Source: Pseudomonadota bacterium
Lineage (GTDB): Bacteria > Pseudomonadota > Gammaproteobacteria > Burkholderiales > Burkholderiaceae_C
Length of the DNA stretch: 64,000 nt
Assembly: GCA_046047055.1 (NCBI GenBank)
Contig: JBJOIR010000002.1
Span: 15,291-79,290, forward strand
Direction: 5' to 3'
This document shows positions 58,963-64,000 of the stretch, piece by piece. A model generated the notes under the pieces. The model searched no databases. It worked only from the letters and a program-made list of their open reading frames with translations, and had not been told where the DNA came from. The stretch's first letter is position 1. Each line of letters opens with the position of its first letter. The position numbers and the translations under genes were made by a program.

Positions 58963-59841
58963 ATGTGCTTTTTGTGCTCACTCAAAACCCCGTCTGCCGA
59001 CTCAGCCGCAGAGTTGCCCCAATCGAAGACGCCGCGTTGGCAAGCCCGCCGTGCCTTCATGGTGGCCGCTGGGGCCACGGCAGCCGGGTCGGTATTGGCC
59101 CAAGTGAGCGTGGGCTCGTCGTCGGGCATTCGCAAATTGGTGCCCGCTGACACACTGGAAAATTCGGCGCGGCAACAGTACGCGCAGGTGTTGGCCGAAG
59201 CCCGGAGCAAAGGCGCGCTGGCGCCCGAGGGCTACCCGCAACTGGAGCGGTTGCAAAGCATCGCGCAAAAACTCATCCCCTTCACCACGCAATGGAACGC
59301 CCGCTCGCGTGATTGGTCGTGGCAAATCAACCTGATTGGCAGCAAGCAAATCAATGCCTGGTGCATGCCCGGCGGCAAGATCGCGTTTTACACCGGCATC
59401 TTGGACCAGCTGAAACTGAACGACGACGAAGTGGCCATGATCATGGGCCACGAGATGGCGCACGCCTTGCGCGAACATGCCCGCGAACGTTTGGCCAAAA
59501 GCCAAGCCACCGGCATCGGGTTGTCGATTGCTTCGCAATTGCTGGGCTTGGGTCAGTTGGGTGATGTGGCGGCCAACTTGGGCACGCAATTGCTCACATT
59601 GAAATACAGCCGTGATGACGAAACCGAGTCCGACTTGGTGGGTCTAGAGATCGCCGCACGTGGCGGCTTCAGACCCGAAGCCAGCGTCACGCTTTGGCAG
59701 AAAATGCAAGCGGCCAGTGGCGGCAGCGGTGGCAGCCCCTCGTTCTTGTCCACCCACCCCAGTGGCGCCAACCGTATTCAAGAACTCGAAGCCAACTTGC
59801 CCAAGGTGCAACACCTGTACCAGCAAGCGCTGAAAGGCTGA
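58963..59841 (+). CDS. M48-family metallopeptidase
   Basis: NAWCMPGGK, HEMAH, YSRDDE.E.D, FLSTHP; RRAF Tat-like leader. Confidence 0.92.
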   Translation: MCFLCSLKTPSADSAAELPQSKTPRWQARRAFMVAAGATAAGSVLAQVSVGSSSGIRKLVPADTLENSARQQYAQVLAEARSKGALAPEGYPQLERLQSIAQKLIPFTTQWNARSRDWSWQINLIGSKQINAWCMPGGKIAFYTGILDQLKLNDDEVAMIMGHEMAHALREHARERLAKSQATGIGLSIASQLLGLGQLGDVAANLGTQLLTLKYSRDDETESDLVGLEIAARGGFRPEASVTLWQKMQAASGGSGGSPSFLSTHPSGANRIQELEANLPKVQHLYQQALKG

Positions 59842-59850
59842 GACATCAGC

Positions 59851-60492
59851 TCAGGTGCCGCCCACATAAGGGTTGGACTGGCGCTCTCGACCAAACGTGC
59901 TTTCTGGTCCATGGCCTGGAATGAACACCGTGTCATTGCCCATGGGCCACAAACGTTCGGTGATGCTGGCAATCAAGTCGTCGTGGTTGCCCTGCGGAAA
60001 ATCGGTGCGTCCAATGCTGCCCGCGAACAGCACGTCCCCCACAAATGCGCGCTTGATCTCGGGTGAATAAAACACCACATGGCCCGGCGTGTGCCCCGGG
60101 CAGTGGCGCACCTGCAAGGTGTGCGCCCCCAAAGTGACGGTATCGCCATCGGTCAACCAACGTGTCGGCTTGAACACGCGCGCAGGTGCAAACCCATAGG
60201 CAGCAGCCGCCTCAGGCAAACCGTCAATCCAAAATTGGTCTGCCGGATGCGGGCCAATGATGGGCAAACCGCCCAGTTGCTCGGCCAGATCGGCGGTGCC
60301 CGAGGCATGGTCCAGATGGCCGTGGGTAATCCAGATTTGCTCCAGCTTGAGGCCCCGTTGCCGAATCGCCGACATCAACACATCCAGGTCACCGCCCGGG
60401 TCCACCACCGCGGCCTGCAGGCTTTGGTCGTCCCAAATCAATGAACAGTTTTGCTGGAAAGGCGTGACGGGAATGGTTTTGTATTGCAGCAT
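59851..60492 (-). CDS. MBL-fold metallo-hydrolase (GloC/YcbL-like)
   Basis: PVTPFQQNC, THGHLDH, PGHTPG, GDVLF.GSIGRTD, PGHG. Confidence 0.9.
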   Translation of the reverse strand: MLQYKTIPVTPFQQNCSLIWDDQSLQAAVVDPGGDLDVLMSAIRQRGLKLEQIWITHGHLDHASGTADLAEQLGGLPIIGPHPADQFWIDGLPEAAAAYGFAPARVFKPTRWLTDGDTVTLGAHTLQVRHCPGHTPGHVVFYSPEIKRAFVGDVLFAGSIGRTDFPQGNHDDLIASITERLWPMGNDTVFIPGHGPESTFGRERQSNPYVGGT

Positions 60493-60599
60493 GGGGGAAT
60501 TATCAGGGATGCACCCGGCCACTGTCAGCCGAGGGCGTGTACAGTCTTGAGCAGCCAGCGCCAGGGAACTTCTGCATTCGCGCTGCAACGATTGCTTTT

Positions 60600-61316
60600 T
60601 TGCACACCACTTCTTTAGGCTACCTGACCAAACAGGAAAGCATTGCTGTTTTGGGCGTGGACGATCTTCAGATCCGCTCACTGCTCGACAAAAATCAGTT
60701 TCACGACCCTCTGGACGAAGCCTTGAATTTGGGCATTTCGTCGGCCGCTTGGCCTTTGTTTGGTTTGTTGTGGCCGTCCGGGCAACGCATGGCTGAGCGC
60801 ATGGCCCAGCGCCCCGTGAGCCACGAACGCATCTTAGAAATTGGCTGTGGTCTGGGCCTGTCCAGCTTGGTGGCGCACCGCCGTGGCGCCAATGTCACTG
60901 CCAGTGACTGTCACCCCCTGACGCGCGCATTTTTAGATGAAAACACCCGGTTGAACGGTCTGCCCCCCTTGGCTTACCGCCATGGGTTGTGGGGCACTGC
61001 GGCGCTGCGTGAAGATGGCTTGCCGGTGCTTACCGCAGCCAACGATGCGTTGGTGAGTGGCCAGTTTGATTTGCTGGTGGGCAGCGACATTTTGTACGAA
61101 CGCGACGATGCAGGCACGCTGGCCAACTTCATTGACAGGCACGCCGCCCCGGTGGCCGAAATTTGGGTGGTCGACCCCAACCGTGGCAACCGATCGGCTT
61201 TTCACAAGCACATGGCGCGGGTCGGATTTGCGCTGGATGAGCAGGTGCTGGACCAGCCCGCGCACGAAGACACGCTGGCCTACAAAGGGCGCATGCTGAC
61301 CTACACCCGCGGGTGA
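60600..61316 (+). CDS. Class I SAM methyltransferase, family-16-like (protein methyltransferase type)
   Basis: WPLFGLLWPSG, LEIGCGLGL, GSDILYE (DxxY). Start uncertain (TTG 60600 or GTG 60537). Confidence 0.8.
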   Translation: MHTTSLGYLTKQESIAVLGVDDLQIRSLLDKNQFHDPLDEALNLGISSAAWPLFGLLWPSGQRMAERMAQRPVSHERILEIGCGLGLSSLVAHRRGANVTASDCHPLTRAFLDENTRLNGLPPLAYRHGLWGTAALREDGLPVLTAANDALVSGQFDLLVGSDILYERDDAGTLANFIDRHAAPVAEIWVVDPNRGNRSAFHKHMARVGFALDEQVLDQPAHEDTLAYKGRMLTYTRG

Positions 61317-61406
61317 GTGTGCCGCTCCCCTGGGTGGAGTTCCGCTTGGTTTAAGCTGTCAGCTTGTTGAATGGCCAGAAGGTTTGGCCACACTGAAAGC
61401 TCCAAG

Positions 61407-62447
61407 ATGAACGCACCTTTGCGAGTGGGACTGCTCGGCTTTGGCTTTGCCTCCGCCACCTTTCATGCCCCCCTGATTGCCGCTGTCCCGGGTCTGCAAT
61501 TGGCCGCAATTTCCAGCAGCCGCCCCCACGATGTACGCACGGCATGGCCACAAGTTTCGGTGTGCGACAGCGCCGAACAACTGATCGCGCGCGACGACAT
61601 CGACTTGGTGGTGGTGGCCACACCCAACAACACCCATGCCCCATTGGCACAACAGGCGCTGTTGGCGGGCAAGCATGTGGTGGTCGACAAGCCCTTCACC
61701 TTGAATGTGCGTGAGGCGCAAGACCTGATCGCGCTGGCGGGGCAACAACACCGCCTGTTATCGGTCTTTCAGAACCGCCGTTGGGACAGCGATTTCATGT
61801 CGGTGCAGGCGGTGTTGAAGCGCGGCACTCTGGGGCGGGTGGTTCACTTTGAATCGCACTTCGACCGATTCCGTCCGCTTGTGCCGCAACGCTGGCGCGA
61901 CTCGGGCGAGCCCGGCAGTGGTCTGTGGTTTGACTTGGGCCCCCATTTGCTGGACCAAACCCTGCAGTTGTTTGGCCCACCGCAAACGCTGACCCTGGAC
62001 TGGGCGCGTCAACGCGACAACAGCAAAGCAGACGACTGGTTTCATGCCGTGCTGCACTACGACGCCATGCGGGTGGTGCTGCAGGCCAGCGCCTTGACGG
62101 CCCAAGTGGCACCTCGGTTCACGGTACACGGCACGCAAGGCTCGCTCGTCAAGTTCGGCCTTGACACGCAAGAGGCCGCCCTGAAAGCAGGCCAACGTCC
62201 GCCCCATGCCGAATGGGGCGCCGACCCTCAACCGCTGCGATTAACGCTGGCAGACGACCAACAACAATTGAGCGAAAGCACGCAAGCGGCCAAGCCCGGG
62301 GACTACACCCGCTACTACGCAGGGGTGCGCGATGCGATTCAATCTGGGGCGCCCAACCCAGTGCCTGCAGAAGAGGCGTTGCAGGTGATGCAACTGCTCG
62401 AGTTGGGTTGTGTCAGCGCCAGTGAAGGCCGCCGCATGACGGTGTGA
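61407..62447 (+). CDS. Gfo/Idh/MocA oxidoreductase (YdgJ-like)
   Basis: VGLLGFG, VDKPF, FQNRRWDSDF, DLGPHLLDQ. Confidence 0.9.
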   Translation: MNAPLRVGLLGFGFASATFHAPLIAAVPGLQLAAISSSRPHDVRTAWPQVSVCDSAEQLIARDDIDLVVVATPNNTHAPLAQQALLAGKHVVVDKPFTLNVREAQDLIALAGQQHRLLSVFQNRRWDSDFMSVQAVLKRGTLGRVVHFESHFDRFRPLVPQRWRDSGEPGSGLWFDLGPHLLDQTLQLFGPPQTLTLDWARQRDNSKADDWFHAVLHYDAMRVVLQASALTAQVAPRFTVHGTQGSLVKFGLDTQEAALKAGQRPPHAEWGADPQPLRLTLADDQQQLSESTQAAKPGDYTRYYAGVRDAIQSGAPNPVPAEEALQVMQLLELGCVSASEGRRMTV

Positions 62448-62475
62448 GGGGCCTTCAATGATGCTGGTGGACGCA

Positions 62476-63267
62476 TCAAATGGCCAAGTCGTAAGTCACG
62501 GTGATTGGCGCGTGGTCTGAAAACTTTTCAGCTTTGTAGATCGACTCGGCTCTGGCTGTTTCGGCCACGGCGGGCGTGGCCAGGTGGTAGTCCAAGCGCC
62601 AGCCCACGTTGTTGGCATACGCCTGTCCGCGGTTGCTCCACCAGGTGTAGCAAGCGTCGGTGGTGTCGGGTTGCAAACGGCGGTAGACATCGACCAGCCC
62701 GCCCTCGGTGGTCAATTGGGTCATCCAGGCACGCTCCTCTGGCAAGAAGCCGCTGTTCTTCAGGTTGCCCTTCCAGTTTTTGAGATCGGCTTCTTTGTGG
62801 GCAATGTTCACATCGCTGCACACCACAAACTCACGCCCAGCCTTGAGCGCCATGAGGTGCGGGTACATCTTGTCGAGAAAACGGTATTTGGCCTCTTGCC
62901 GCTCTGGGCCTGACGAGCCACTGGGAAAGTAGCTGCTGATGATCGACAGTTTTCGGCTGGGGGTATCAAAGCGCAACTCGACATAGCGCCCTTCGGCATC
63001 AAACTCGCCGCCATCAAAACCCACCACCACGTCGCTGGGTTCATGTCGGGTGTAAACACCGACGCCCGAATAGCCCTTTTTCTCAGCAAACTGGAAATGC
63101 CCCTTCAACCCGGCCAATTCTTCAAACTTATCTGCCACATCGGCCGCTTGCGCTTTGACCTCTTGCACACAAATACAATCGGGTTTGACTTGCGCCACCC
63201 AGGCTTCGACCCCTTTGGTTGAGGCAGAACGTATGCCGTTCAGGTTAAGGCTGGTGAGTTTGAACAA
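62476..63267 (-). CDS. xth: Exodeoxyribonuclease III / AP endonuclease
   Basis: SLNLNGIRS, QEVK, GYSGV, YFPSG, DVNIAH, YTWWS, GWRLDY, SDHAP. Start TTG 63267 or ATG 63279. Confidence 0.93.
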   Translation of the reverse strand: MFKLTSLNLNGIRSASTKGVEAWVAQVKPDCICVQEVKAQAADVADKFEELAGLKGHFQFAEKKGYSGVGVYTRHEPSDVVVGFDGGEFDAEGRYVELRFDTPSRKLSIISSYFPSGSSGPERQEAKYRFLDKMYPHLMALKAGREFVVCSDVNIAHKEADLKNWKGNLKNSGFLPEERAWMTQLTTEGGLVDVYRRLQPDTTDACYTWWSNRGQAYANNVGWRLDYHLATPAVAETARAESIYKAEKFSDHAPITVTYDLAI

Positions 63268-63277
63268 GGATTTCTCC

Positions 63278-63982
63278 ATGGTGAAAGTACAGGCAAGCAG
63301 TGCTGAAATGCAGGCGCTGGCTCAGGATTTTGTGCAATTTGCAGTCGACTCGGGCGTGCTGCGCTTTGGTGAATTCAAGACCAAAGCGGGTCGCATGAGC
63401 CCCTATTTTTTCAATGCGGGTCTGTTTGACGATGGCGCCAAGCTGAGCCGACTGGCTGAATTTTATGCAAAAGCGCTGTTGGCCAGCGGCATCGAATTCG
63501 ACATGATCTTCGGCCCCGCCTACAAAGGCATTCCTCTGGGTGCCGCCGTCGCGGTTGAGTTGGCCCGTTTGGGTAAGAACGTGCCTTTTGCCTACAACCG
63601 AAAAGAAGCCAAAGACCACGGCGAGGGCGGCACATTGGTGGGTGCGCCCCTGCAAGGCAGGGTCTTGATCGTTGACGATGTGATGAGCGCCGGCACCGCA
63701 GCACGCGAGTCGATTGCGCTGATTAAATCGGCCGGCGCTGTGCCCCACGCCATTGCCATTGCCCTGGATCGCCAAGAAATGGCCACCGAAAAACAAGCCG
63801 ATGGCACGGTTCAAGACGTGCCGCACAGCGCAGTTCAATACGTGCGGGGCACCTTGGGCATGCAAGTCTGCACCATCGCACAACTGGCCGACCTGTTGTC
63901 TTATCTGTCTGGCCAGTCCAACTCGGCCTTGGGTGCGCATTTGCCCAAAGTTCAAGCCTACCGAGACCGCTACGGGGTTTAA
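63278..63982 (+). CDS. pyrE: Orotate phosphoribosyltransferase
   Basis: FGEFKTKAGR.SPYFFNAG, GPAYKGI, NRKEAKDHGEGG, VDDVMSAGT. Confidence 0.97.
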   Translation: MVKVQASSAEMQALAQDFVQFAVDSGVLRFGEFKTKAGRMSPYFFNAGLFDDGAKLSRLAEFYAKALLASGIEFDMIFGPAYKGIPLGAAVAVELARLGKNVPFAYNRKEAKDHGEGGTLVGAPLQGRVLIVDDVMSAGTAARESIALIKSAGAVPHAIAIALDRQEMATEKQADGTVQDVPHSAVQYVRGTLGMQVCTIAQLADLLSYLSGQSNSALGAHLPKVQAYRDRYGV

Positions 63983-64000
63983 ACCCGAGCCGCTTTGAGC

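Noticed and set aside
62476-63279. Catabolite repressor crc, suggested by the divergent position next to pyrE
   Set aside because: The AP-endonuclease catalytic residues (QE, Y, DxN, D, SDH) are all retained, so xth is the better call.

Overview
About 60% GC betaproteobacterial chromosome segment. Gene order and protein style suggest Comamonadaceae, possibly Limnohabitans-like (inference). Contents in order: sulfate ABC operon (cysA partial, cysW, cysT, two sulfate-binding proteins); a ~6.2 kb copper-handling island on the minus strand (three DUF2946/CruR-like leader ORFs, YcnI, two PCu(A)C chaperones, a Crp/Fnr regulator, MbnP, MbnH and a His-tailed partner protein); a stand-alone BLUF gene; GST/VOC/MarC; mreBCD-mrdA; gatCAB; FAH/IclR; omega-aminotransferase, purU, LysR, glcD; a MarR-flavin hydroxylase-DUF2783-VOC-fahA aromatic operon; yggS, BON/SIS/yraN/rsmI; the complete homoprotocatechuate (hpa) meta-cleavage operon; radA, GT25, ilvE; a Cpx-like two-component system, ampG, an M48 protease, xth and pyrE. 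No rRNA, tRNA, CRISPR or transposase was recognised. The most notable feature is the copper island. It is built as serial modules, each headed by a CxxC + RAPP/RGPP-type leader ORF (the third is decayed), and one module puts a Crp/Fnr regulator and mbnPH behind such a leader. All calls come from reading motifs by eye; no searches were run.
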